Shown one piece after another: positions 26,238 to 35,063 of a DNA stretch of 52,421 bases; the first letter of the stretch is position 1; every line of letters begins with the position of its first letter. The DNA comes from Candidatus Iainarchaeum sp. GTDB lineage: Archaea; Iainarchaeota; Iainarchaeia; Iainarchaeales; Iainarchaeaceae. The position numbers and the translations under genes are program-made. The stretch covers positions 1 through 52,421 of the forward strand of contig JBDRLP010000001.1 in assembly GCA_043812975.1 (NCBI GenBank), given 5' to 3'. The notes below the pieces were generated by a model that saw nothing but the letters and a program-made list of their open reading frames with translations, did not search any database and was not told the origin of the DNA.

Positions 26238-27395
26238 TTAGTGATTTTTTTGCTTATTAGAACCTTTCCAATTAATCAAGGGTTTTAGCTGTTTTACTGT
26301 CTTTACAGAGTCCTTTTGAGCTTCCATTACTTCGTAAATATTCTTGTAAGCCATAGGAGATTCATCAAGAGTTCCCTCTTCCACAGTGCCACGAATCCCT
26401 TCCATGCTTTTCTCAAATTGAGCCATGGAAATGTTTTCTTTAGCTTCTGTTCTGCTCATTATTCTTCCGGCTCCGTGGGAAGAACTTTCCAAAAATTCCT
26501 TGTTCCCTTTCCCTTCAACCAAAAAAGAACCATCGCGCATATTAGCAGGAATAACTCCTCTTTCTCCTTTCTTTGCAGGAGTAGCTCCTTTTCTATGGAT
26601 AAATAAACCATTTTCTTCTATTGCATGATTGTGATTTTTATTAACCCATAATTCGTATTCAATTTTTTCTTCAAGAACATCTTCTATTGAACTTATCACT
26701 TTTCTAATAATTTCCATTCTGTTTAGTAAAGCAAACTCTAAACCAAAATCAAGAATATTCAGATACTTTTTCCCAACATCGCTGTCTTTATGAATCGGAA
26801 ATGTTTGTTCAAATTCTTTTTCTTGTCCTGCACTTGCTTTCATGTATCTTGTTGCTACTTTGAAACCAACTCCTCTGGAGCCGGAATGAACAACAATCCA
26901 GGGTTCTTCTTCAAAAAAACCTATTTCCACAAAATGATTCCCGTGTCCCAAAGAACCTAAATGCTTTATTCCTGTTGTTTCTAAAAATTGCAAAACATCT
27001 TTCTCATAAGGGCCTTCCTTAAATTTTTCTAATAATTTTTCATACTCTGCTTTTGTTTCTTCAGTAATATTCTTTACTTGATTCACATTTCCTTTTCCCA
27101 TTGGAATTTTCTCATTAACCTTGTCATAAATCTTTTCCTTTTTTTCTTTAATCTTTTCCAATAATCCTTTTCCTTTAATGTGCACTGCAGTCATTCCACA
27201 TCCAATATCAAAACCAACCCATGAAGGAACAACATAATCCTTAGTAACCAAAACAGAACCAATCGGAGCCACATACCCTACATGAGCATCCGGCATCAAA
27301 GCAGCTTTTTCAACAAATTCCTGTTCATAACAATGTTTGAATTGCTCTAAAGTAACTTCATCAGGATCGAGTGCGAAATTGTTTATTTTTTTCAT
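26238..27395 (-). CDS. rtcB: RtcB family RNA ligase, short form
   Basis: MPDAHVGY, VGFDIGCGM, GSLGHGNHFVE, VHSGSRG, NHNH, HRKGAT, SSSHGAGR. TTTTAAA about 25 nt upstream suggests a leaderless transcript. Confidence 0.95.
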   Translation of the reverse strand: MKKINNFALDPDEVTLEQFKHCYEQEFVEKAALMPDAHVGYVAPIGSVLVTKDYVVPSWVGFDIGCGMTAVHIKGKGLLEKIKEKKEKIYDKVNEKIPMGKGNVNQVKNITEETKAEYEKLLEKFKEGPYEKDVLQFLETTGIKHLGSLGHGNHFVEIGFFEEEPWIVVHSGSRGVGFKVATRYMKASAGQEKEFEQTFPIHKDSDVGKKYLNILDFGLEFALLNRMEIIRKVISSIEDVLEEKIEYELWVNKNHNHAIEENGLFIHRKGATPAKKGERGVIPANMRDGSFLVEGKGNKEFLESSSHGAGRIMSRTEAKENISMAQFEKSMEGIRGTVEEGTLDESPMAYKNIYEVMEAQKDSVKTVKQLKPLINWKGSNKQKNH

Positions 27396-27450
27396 AAGTA
27401 TAAAGTATTAGGTAAATTGTTTAAAACAAAAATTAGTTATGTAGAAGAAA

Positions 27451-27765
27451 TCAGTTCTTTTCTTTTAATTCGATTTCTAAATGTACATTTTCAGGAATTT
27501 CAACTCTCATAACTCTTCTGAGTGTTGTCTCATCTGCCTGAATATCTATAATTCTTTTGTGGATTCTCATTTGCCATTTTTCGTAAGATTCAGTTCCTCC
27601 GCCACAAGGACTTTTTCTTGTTGGTATTAACATTTTTTTTGTAGGTAAAGGTATTGTTCCTGAGTGTTTGGCACCTGTACGTTTAGCTACTTCTTGTATT
27701 TTACCGCAAATATCTTCCAATTCGGTGTAATCTCCAGAACTCAGTTTTAATCTTGCGGTCTGCAT
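27451..27765 (-). CDS. rps10: 30S ribosomal protein uS10
   Basis: IPLPTKK, RKSPCGGGTESYEKWQMRIHKRII. Confidence 0.97.
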   Translation of the reverse strand: MQTARLKLSSGDYTELEDICGKIQEVAKRTGAKHSGTIPLPTKKMLIPTRKSPCGGGTESYEKWQMRIHKRIIDIQADETTLRRVMRVEIPENVHLEIELKEKN

Positions 27766-27773
27766 TTTTCATC

Positions 27774-27808
27774 ACTAAAAAAAAGAATTTTTGGGGAAAA
27801 AACCCCAA
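27774..27808 (-). terminator. Candidate hairpin plus T-tract after tuf
   Basis: TTGGGG-N6-CCCCAA followed on the minus strand by a long T run. Confidence 0.45.
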
Positions 27809-27819
27809 TTGTTATTCAG

Positions 27820-29085
27820 TTACTTTGGAGTAACACTTAGAATTACTCCTGCTGCAACTGTCTGCCCCATGTCTCTGATTGCGAACCTTCCTAACTGCGG
27901 GAACTTCTTGTATTCTTCCACACATACAGGTTTCAAAGGAACAACCTTGATGATTGCTGCGTCCCCGGTTTTCAAAAACTTAGGGTTCTCTTCCTTAACT
28001 CCGCCTGTCTTAGGATCAAGTTTCTTCTGTATTTCAGTAATAGTACAGCTTAATTGTGCTGTGTGCATGTGGAACACCGGAGTGTAACCAACAGGAATTG
28101 CTGTTGGGTGTGATAGCACAACGATTTGTGCAGTAAACTCTTTTGCAACGGTTGGCGGGTTAGTAATATGACCTACAACGTCTCCTCTTGCGATGTCTTT
28201 CTTTTCAAGACCTCTGACGTTGAATCCAATGTTGTCTCCAGGAATTGCTTGTGGCAATTGCTCGTGGTGAGCTTCAACTGATTTAACTTCTCCAGTTTTG
28301 CCTGATGGCATTACAACAATTTTATCTCCTGGTTTTAGGATTCCTGTTTCAACTCTTCCAACAGGTACTGATCCAACTCCTTTGATGTTATAAACATCTT
28401 GGATTGGAAGCCTTAGTGGCTTGTCTGTTGGTAAAGATGGAGCTTTAAGATCATCTAATGTATCAACAAGTGTTTTGCCTTTATACCATGCCATTTTTCC
28501 TGTTGATTTTGCAACGTTTTCTCCTTCCCATGCTGAAATTGGTACATAATTAACCTGATCGTCTTTGTATCCAATTCCGGTCAAGAGCTTTTTCATCTCA
28601 TTCTGAACAGCTTTGAATTTAGCTTCATCGTATGAAACTTCATCCATTTTGTTTATTGCTACAACAAGTTGTTTCAAACCCATTACCTGAGCTAAAAATG
28701 CGTGTTCTTTTGTTTGTGGCTGTGGTCCTTCTTTACAAGCAACAACCAAAACACCAGCGTCAGCCTGTGAGGTTCCTGTAATCATGTTTTTTACAAAGTC
28801 TCTGTGGCCTGGTGCATCAATTATAGTAAATTGATTCTTTTGAGCAATGAATTTTTTATAAGCAACGTCAATGGTTACTCCTCTTTCTCTTTCTTCCTTG
28901 AGGTTATCCATTGCGTACGCAAATGCAAATGTTCCTTTTCCTCTTGCTTCAGCTTCCTGCTTGAGTTTTCTGTACTCCTGCTCTGGTAAAGCCCCGGTAT
29001 CATAAAGCAGTCTTCCGACTGTTGTTGACTTACCGTGGTCAACGTGTCCTATGAACACTAAATTAAGATGTGGTTTTTCTGCCAT
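27820..29085 (-). CDS. tuf: Elongation factor 1-alpha
   Basis: [39 protein letters not shown]. Confidence 0.98.
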   Translation of the reverse strand: MAEKPHLNLVFIGHVDHGKSTTVGRLLYDTGALPEQEYRKLKQEAEARGKGTFAFAYAMDNLKEERERGVTIDVAYKKFIAQKNQFTIIDAPGHRDFVKNMITGTSQADAGVLVVACKEGPQPQTKEHAFLAQVMGLKQLVVAINKMDEVSYDEAKFKAVQNEMKKLLTGIGYKDDQVNYVPISAWEGENVAKSTGKMAWYKGKTLVDTLDDLKAPSLPTDKPLRLPIQDVYNIKGVGSVPVGRVETGILKPGDKIVVMPSGKTGEVKSVEAHHEQLPQAIPGDNIGFNVRGLEKKDIARGDVVGHITNPPTVAKEFTAQIVVLSHPTAIPVGYTPVFHMHTAQLSCTITEIQKKLDPKTGGVKEENPKFLKTGDAAIIKVVPLKPVCVEEYKKFPQLGRFAIRDMGQTVAAGVILSVTPK

Positions 29086-29181
29086 TATAATTCCTCCTTA
29101 AATAATCTAAAAATCCTAAAAACGCGTCAAACCCGCTTTTAAATGCTAAATACTACTAATAAAAAACATTTATAAAACAAC

Positions 29182-29236
29182 CTTTTCTTTTCTCTTGGAC
29201 AGAGAAAAGAAAAGCTTGACCAAAATAAAAGAGAAC
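29182..29236 (+). repeat. AT-rich palindrome plus tail, second repeat family, copy 1
   Basis: CTTTTCTTTTCTCT-TGGAC-AGAGAAAAGAAAAG perfect 14-bp inverted repeat, then ACCAAAATAAAAGAGAAC; related to 45351. Confidence 0.7.
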
Positions 29237-29363
29237 CTATTCATGGTTATTTGGCTGTATTTTCCCTTATTCTCTTGCTATTAGCAATATAACCATTAGA
29301 GCAATAAATATTATAAATATGAGGCGTATTTTTGGTGTTGCTGTATTTTTAATTTCAGCAGAA

Positions 29364-32300
29364 TTAGTCCATGAAAAATGAAGCAGGTTTTACTTCAGGA
29401 TCCATTCCTTTTCTCTTTCTTATTTCTTCAATAGTTGATTTTTGTAACTCACGTGGCAGTAACTCGTATCCTGCGTATTCAGCAGTCCAAAGAGCTCTTC
29501 CTTGAGTAGCCCCCCTGATGTTGCTTGAGAATCCGATTAGTTCTTTTACTGGGGCTTTTCCGATTATAATACTAGAATCTCCTTCAGTCCTCATTTCATT
29601 AATTTGAGTCCTTCTGGAGCCTAGTTCATTACTTACTGCGCCCAGGTAAGTTTCTGGAACTGTAATTGTAAGTTTTTGTTTTGGCTCATACAACACAGCA
29701 TCTGCTGAAAGCATACAAGCATAGCATCCTCTTGTTACTGTTGGCAACATTTGCGCAGGTCCCCTGTGAATTGCATCTTCGTGTAATGTAGCGTCTTCAA
29801 TTACAACTTTTACTCCAAAGCATTTTTCTTTTGCTAATGGTCCCTGATCCATTACATCAGTAAAACCCTGAATAACCAATTCTCTGATTTCGTGTAAAGC
29901 TTCAATTCCTCTTGTTGCATCAACTAAAACACAGTTGTTGTGTACTGCCCAGATTTTTTTGGATTCTTCTCTTCCAAAACCCATTTCCTGGAACATTGTA
30001 ATCTTTTCTTTATCTTTTGGCTTAACTTTTCCATCAAAATGTGACTTGATAAGATTCTGTCTTGTTTCCTCATCAATTAATTCAACGTGCAATTTCAGCT
30101 TGTTGTGTTTGTTAGGGCTTTTTGCCTCAACTGTTGGTGAATCCTTTCCAATAGTTTCACGGTAAACAACAATTGGCTGTGAAACTGTAATTGGAATGTT
30201 GTGGTGTTTTTCAATTCTATATTGAGTAATTTCTAAGTGTAATTCCCCCATTCCTGAAAGTAAATGTTCGCCGGTCTCCTGATTGATTGTGGCTCTTATG
30301 TTAGGGTCTTCTTTGGTAATTTGTCTTATAGTTTCAATTAACTTTGGTAAATCTTTTGTGCTTTTTGCTTCAACTGAAATTGTTATTACTGGTTCTGCTT
30401 CACTCATAAAACTTTCGAATGGTTTTATTTCTTCTGAAGCAATTGTTTCTCCAGCATAAACTTCTTTCAAACCTACAAGTGCTACAATGTTTCCTGCAGG
30501 AACTTCATTAGCTTCAATAAAATCCGGGCCCATAAAAATCCCGACTTTCTGAATCTGGATTTCTTTTTTTCCGCCGACCAAATAAACTTTACTTCCTTTT
30601 TTTACTTTTCCTGAATAACATCTTCCTGTTGCAATATCTCCTGAATGTTTATCAACACTAACATCAGTAACCATCATTGAGAATGGACTATTTTCATTAC
30701 AAGTAATCATTCCTTTTCCCATTTCGCTTTCCTTTTCCCCTTTCCAGATTATAGGCATCCTGTATTTTTGTGCCTCAATAGGATTTGGCAAATGAGTAAT
30801 AACCATTTCAAGTACAGCGTCACTTAAATGACTTTTTTCAGCAAGTGATTTTTGATCTTCATTTTTTAAGTATTCGTAAACCTGTTTGAAATTAATTTTA
30901 GTAGCTTCCATTCTTGGAACTGATACTGCCCAGTTATTGTAAGCTGATCCAAAGCACACAGAACCATCCTGGACTTTTACAGTCCACTCGTTTTTGAATC
31001 CCAGAGGACAGTTTTTTGAAATTAAATTATTAACATTAGCAATAACTTTCACAAACTTTTCCTGCATCTGCTGTTCAGTAACCTGCAGTTCGTTAATAAG
31101 CCTGTCAACTTTGTTAATATACAAAACAGGTTTTACGTATTCTCTCAAAGCCTGCCTTATTACTGTTTCTGTCTGCGGCATTACTCCTTCAACAGCATCA
31201 ACAACTAACACAACTCCGTCAACAGCTCTCATTGCTCTGATTACATCCCCTCCAAAGTCAACATGCCCCGGAGTATCAATAAGGTTGATTAAGTGCTCTG
31301 TGTCTTTGTACTTGTGTAATAGTGAAATGTTTGCAGCATTAATTGTTATTCCTCTTTCCTGTTCCTGATCCTCAGAATCCATTACAAGTTGCTTTCCAGC
31401 TAACTCTGAACTCATTAATCCTGATGCAGAAATAAGGTTATCTGTCATCGTGGTGTTGTGAACAACTATTGTTTCTGCTACAAAATTTTTTGTTTCTGGA
31501 ACACTAAAATCATAAATTGTTTCCTCAAAACCATCTTTTATTCCAGAAACCTCGATAAAAGCTAATTGACTAACATCTATTGCGGAGTTAATCCCTTTTT
31601 CTTTTAGTTTTAAAACCATTTTTTGATAAGTGTTTCTTGTCGGTATATAAATTTCGTTTTCGTATTTGTAATAATGTTTGTCTATTTCATTTTTTGATAA
31701 TTGTTTTCCTTCCCTTGATTCTTTAAATCCATTCATGGGTATTAGATCACATACCTGGCTTCCAACAATGGTTTTTTCCAGTTCTTTTGCTTTTTTCATT
31801 TTTTCCGGCAAAAAGAAACCAATATTTTTAACAAAGTTTGAGAATGATTCCCCGCTGATGGATATTGTATTGTCTTTTTCCTTTATTGCTACACATCCGA
31901 ATCTGTTTAACAATAATGGCAGCTCATCAATCATTTGATTGCTGGCACTGCTAATTGTGATTGCTTTTCTGCCTGTTTCAACGCTTCCATCAGTATCGAA
32001 GTAGCCCTTTAAAAATTTGGTAACCAACTCAGATGGAGACTTTTGCAGGAATTTTGATATTTTTACGTTGTGTGATTTTTTCTTTAAAGGATAATCAAAC
32101 AGTGCTTTTAGAATGTTTGTTAATGTTTTACTCACGCCTATTTCCGGTGTTTTTCCTTCATAGTTTCTGTTGTGTGTTTTTAATCCAAATTCTTTGCATA
32201 TTCTTTTGAATTCTTTTCCGAGTAAAGGTTTCCCGACAACAAATTTGCTTTCAGTTCCGTCCCCTATCATTAATCCCGCTAAATAAAATAATTCTTTATA

Positions 32301-33086
32301 GTTTGGTTCCCATTTTAAGTAATCGCTTCTTCTTGTTGCAATTCCACCAATCCAATTAACAATCGCTTCTTCTTCAAACTCAAAGTAATTAGATATTCCG
32401 AATAAATCAGTTAGTTGATATTTCCCGTTCCAAATACAATGATAGAATGATTTTTCTTTTAGGTTAGTTTTAATGTTTTTATAAATTTTATCAATTCCTT
32501 CTTCTAAAATTTTGTTTTTTAAATTTTCAGAAGAGTCTTTTTTTAACTTTGCATAAAAATTGTTTTTTGAAAGTATTTTTAGTAATTCCAGTGAAACATC
32601 CATTTCAGCTATTGTTTTTGTTTCTCTTGCCGTAACAATTCTTTGTCCTTTTTGTATTTCCTCTGCTTTCAAATAAGATAATTCTTTTCCATCAAAAGTA
32701 AGGAACTTGTGTTCTGGTGTTGTGGAAATACTAGATCCGTTTCTTAGGGTAATTTCTTTTGTGTTTCCGCCCTTTAGTTTCCATGCATGGGAAATTTTTT
32801 TTGTGACTATTTTACCTGTTTTTGTATCTACAGAAAAAACTTTGATGTCTTTATTTAAAGCGTAAACAATTTCCGAATTGTTTTCTTTTACTTTTTCACC
32901 ATAAAGAGAAGAGTCATTAAATAATTCTCTTGCGGTTATAAAATTCCCGTTTTCTAATTGTATTCTAGTGTCCGGGGCAACACATTTACCATGGTCAATG
33001 TGGGCAACAATCCCGATGTTTCGGATGTTTTCTCTTTTGTTCATCAGCTGTGCAGCTAATTTTACAATATCTTCTTTTTTTACCAT
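29364..33086 (-). CDS. fusA: Elongation factor 2 precursor with intein (mature protein 730 aa)
   Basis: AHIDHGK|TTMTDNL, ERGITI, DTPGHVDF, NKVDR; diphthamide site DAIHRG. Confidence 0.97.
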   Translation of the reverse strand: MVKKEDIVKLAAQLMNKRENIRNIGIVAHIDHGKCVAPDTRIQLENGNFITARELFNDSSLYGEKVKENNSEIVYALNKDIKVFSVDTKTGKIVTKKISHAWKLKGGNTKEITLRNGSSISTTPEHKFLTFDGKELSYLKAEEIQKGQRIVTARETKTIAEMDVSLELLKILSKNNFYAKLKKDSSENLKNKILEEGIDKIYKNIKTNLKEKSFYHCIWNGKYQLTDLFGISNYFEFEEEAIVNWIGGIATRRSDYLKWEPNYKELFYLAGLMIGDGTESKFVVGKPLLGKEFKRICKEFGLKTHNRNYEGKTPEIGVSKTLTNILKALFDYPLKKKSHNVKISKFLQKSPSELVTKFLKGYFDTDGSVETGRKAITISSASNQMIDELPLLLNRFGCVAIKEKDNTISISGESFSNFVKNIGFFLPEKMKKAKELEKTIVGSQVCDLIPMNGFKESREGKQLSKNEIDKHYYKYENEIYIPTRNTYQKMVLKLKEKGINSAIDVSQLAFIEVSGIKDGFEETIYDFSVPETKNFVAETIVVHNTTMTDNLISASGLMSSELAGKQLVMDSEDQEQERGITINAANISLLHKYKDTEHLINLIDTPGHVDFGGDVIRAMRAVDGVVLVVDAVEGVMPQTETVIRQALREYVKPVLYINKVDRLINELQVTEQQMQEKFVKVIANVNNLISKNCPLGFKNEWTVKVQDGSVCFGSAYNNWAVSVPRMEATKINFKQVYEYLKNEDQKSLAEKSHLSDAVLEMVITHLPNPIEAQKYRMPIIWKGEKESEMGKGMITCNENSPFSMMVTDVSVDKHSGDIATGRCYSGKVKKGSKVYLVGGKKEIQIQKVGIFMGPDFIEANEVPAGNIVALVGLKEVYAGETIASEEIKPFESFMSEAEPVITISVEAKSTKDLPKLIETIRQITKEDPNIRATINQETGEHLLSGMGELHLEITQYRIEKHHNIPITVSQPIVVYRETIGKDSPTVEAKSPNKHNKLKLHVELIDEETRQNLIKSHFDGKVKPKDKEKITMFQEMGFGREESKKIWAVHNNCVLVDATRGIEALHEIRELVIQGFTDVMDQGPLAKEKCFGVKVVIEDATLHEDAIHRGPAQMLPTVTRGCYACMLSADAVLYEPKQKLTITVPETYLGAVSNELGSRRTQINEMRTEGDSSIIIGKAPVKELIGFSSNIRGATQGRALWTAEYAGYELLPRELQKSTIEEIRKRKGMDPEVKPASFFMD
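31455..32984 (-). mobile_element. Intein (510 aa) with LAGLIDADG homing endonuclease, in the EF-2 P-loop
   Basis: Begins CVAPDT after GK; ends NFVAETIVVHN before T; TTPEHKF block B; LAGLMIGDG and FLKGYFDTDGS endonuclease motifs. Confidence 0.96.
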
Positions 33087-33102
33087 GTTGAATCAAACCT
33101 AG

Positions 33103-33726
33103 TTATCTGGATGCTTTAGCAATTCTCTCTACTTCATCTCTTCTTCTTACGCCAAAGCTTGCATTATCTTCATTTGCTGCTGCTATAAGCTCGTTAGCAA
33201 GCGCTTCTGAAGCATCAACTTTGTTTTTGAATGAACTTGAAAAAGTTGCTAAAGCTAAATTTTTTAGAGCTTCGTCCACTTTTTTTAGGGGTGCAACATC
33301 AACAGAAATCGTATAAGAAACCCCGCCTTTTTTTAGTCTTGTAGTGTCTTCTCTTGGGCCCGTGTTCTGAATTGCTTCAATCAATACTTGAATCGGGTTT
33401 TTTCCTGTTTTCTTTTCAACTAATTCAAAAGCATCCTCTACAATGTGCATTACGTGGATTTTTTTCCCGCATACATATCTTCCTCTTACATATTTTCCAG
33501 ACAATTTTCTTTTTCCCTGTCCTGACCTCATCAGCTTGTTGATGAGTCTTTCAACAATGTTTACTTTTGCTTTATCAAATCTTTTTCTTGTTCCTTTCCC
33601 GAAAGTGTGCGGAATTTTTTTTGATTCAAGACTTACAGTGTTCATTAAACTTGGGTCATTAATCCTGACTTCTGCAGAATCCCATTTTCCGAAAATAAGC
33701 ATTTTTGTATCTTTAATTTCTGTCAA
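33103..33726 (-). CDS. rps7: 30S ribosomal protein uS7
   Basis: IVERLINKLM, NPIQVLIEAI, GPREDTTR, RDEVERIAKASR; TTG start. Confidence 0.96.
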   Translation of the reverse strand: MTEIKDTKMLIFGKWDSAEVRINDPSLMNTVSLESKKIPHTFGKGTRKRFDKAKVNIVERLINKLMRSGQGKRKLSGKYVRGRYVCGKKIHVMHIVEDAFELVEKKTGKNPIQVLIEAIQNTGPREDTTRLKKGGVSYTISVDVAPLKKVDEALKNLALATFSSSFKNKVDASEALANELIAAANEDNASFGVRRRDEVERIAKASR

Positions 33727-33731
33727 TTCAA

Positions 33732-34169
33732 TTACCTCTTAATCTTCTCTTTCTTTCCTGTTCTAAGCATTTCCATTGAAATTCCATTAACATGAGTAAC
33801 TCTATATTTTACTCCCCAAAGGTCTCCTTTTGGGCCTCCCTGAGCTCCTCCGATTCCTTCAATAGTAACCTCGTCGTGTTCATCAATAAATTTAATTGCT
33901 CCGTCCTTTGGCGCTAAAGCAGTTACTTGTTTTCCATTTTTGATTAACTGTACTCTTACACATTTTCTGATTCCTGAGTTTGGTTGTTTTGCAGTTACTC
34001 CTCTTTTTTCAATTACAATCCCTCTTGCCTGAGGCGCAGCTTCAAGTAAGTCTTCTTTTTTATCCATTCCCATTTTCATCTTTATTTTTCTCTGGTGCTT
34101 TCTATCCTTTTTTCTCCATTTTCTCCTCTTTTTTTCGAGGGATTTTGCTGCAAATTCTCCTTCTGCCAT
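33732..34169 (-). CDS. rps12: 30S ribosomal protein uS12
   Basis: [35 protein letters not shown]. Confidence 0.97.
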   Translation of the reverse strand: MAEGEFAAKSLEKKRRKWRKKDRKHQRKIKMKMGMDKKEDLLEAAPQARGIVIEKRGVTAKQPNSGIRKCVRVQLIKNGKQVTALAPKDGAIKFIDEHDEVTIEGIGGAQGGPKGDLWGVKYRVTHVNGISMEMLRTGKKEKIKR

Positions 34170-34186
34170 AAACATCAACCTTTTTT

Positions 34187-34342
34187 TTATCTGATTCTTA
34201 CTTCTTCAACGCCGCTTGCGATCGGCACCCTTACGGGCACATGCGGTACCGCGTCCACCTCACTTTGTTCGGTAGGACTTAGTTCCTTGTTCGCAAACTT
34301 TTTCTAATAATTCTTTTCATCACCTAATTCTTACTTCTTCAA
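34187..34342 (+). repeat. Composite junction element (34207-34294) between nusA and rps12, with a duplicated NusA C-terminus
   Basis: ATTCTTACTTCTTCAA at 34194-34209 and 34327-34342; modules shared with 21001 and 21444. Confidence 0.88.
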
Positions 34343-34733
34343 TATTATAATTTCTTTTTGCTAATTCTTTTATCTTGTTCAATCTCCCTAAATTTTGTAA
34401 TATTACACTTTTGTTTGCATTATCTGTTTTTACTATTGCAATATTTCTTTTATTCATTTTTTTTATTTTTACCCCTTCAACACTCGCCTTGTAAAAGGCT
34501 TTGCTGAAGAACTCTTTCGGATTGGAAGAATACTCATAAAGCTCAATATTTTTTCCAAGTTGTTTTTTTACTTTTTCTATTGTGGAACCATTCTTTCCGA
34601 TTGCCTTTCTCATACCTTCATTAGGAACAAGATACACAATCGTATTTTCTTCCACGAAGCAGTCTTTAGCGCTTACTTTTGCTATTGAATCCAATGCATT
34701 GATGAGTCTTATTTCGTCAAATCCGATTTTCAA
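34320..34733 (-). CDS. nusA: Transcription elongation factor NusA, archaeal KH type
   Basis: KAIGKNGS, IELYEYS; conserved position between rpl30e and rps12. Confidence 0.93.
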   Translation of the reverse strand: MKIGFDEIRLINALDSIAKVSAKDCFVEENTIVYLVPNEGMRKAIGKNGSTIEKVKKQLGKNIELYEYSSNPKEFFSKAFYKASVEGVKIKKMNKRNIAIVKTDNANKSVILQNLGRLNKIKELAKRNYNIEEVRIR

Positions 34734-34739
34734 ATAATA

Positions 34740-35048
34740 TCACTGTTTTGCTATCTCAAGTACTTTGCTCTTACCCTGATCTTGTATGACCATAGTACTG
34801 ATTGTGAATGGTTTTCCGCAAACACCGCCCAATTCAAGGCCGCTTCCATCAAAAATGTAATGGGGTGTATTGCCAATTTCAGCAAAAGAAACGAGTTTTT
34901 CCTTTACTAGTTTTGGAGCATTGTTTGCTATAATAATTAACCTTCCAGAACCGTTTTTAAGGCTTTTCTCTGAGTTTTTTGTGCCAAAAATTACTTTTCC
35001 CGTGTCTACTGCACGCCTTATTTCTTTTAAAACATCAACTTTAGCCAT
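34740..35048 (-). CDS. rpl30e: 50S ribosomal protein eL30
   Basis: AVDTGKVIFG, IIIANN, LELGGVCGKPF. Confidence 0.96.
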   Translation of the reverse strand: MAKVDVLKEIRRAVDTGKVIFGTKNSEKSLKNGSGRLIIIANNAPKLVKEKLVSFAEIGNTPHYIFDGSGLELGGVCGKPFTISTMVIQDQGKSKVLEIAKQ

Positions 35049-35063
35049 TTGCTTTCATTCTCC

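Noticed and set aside
29364-33086. Unusually long EF-2 as a novel domain fusion
   Set aside because: Fully explained by a 510-aa intein; the remaining 730 aa are canonical and keep the diphthamide His.
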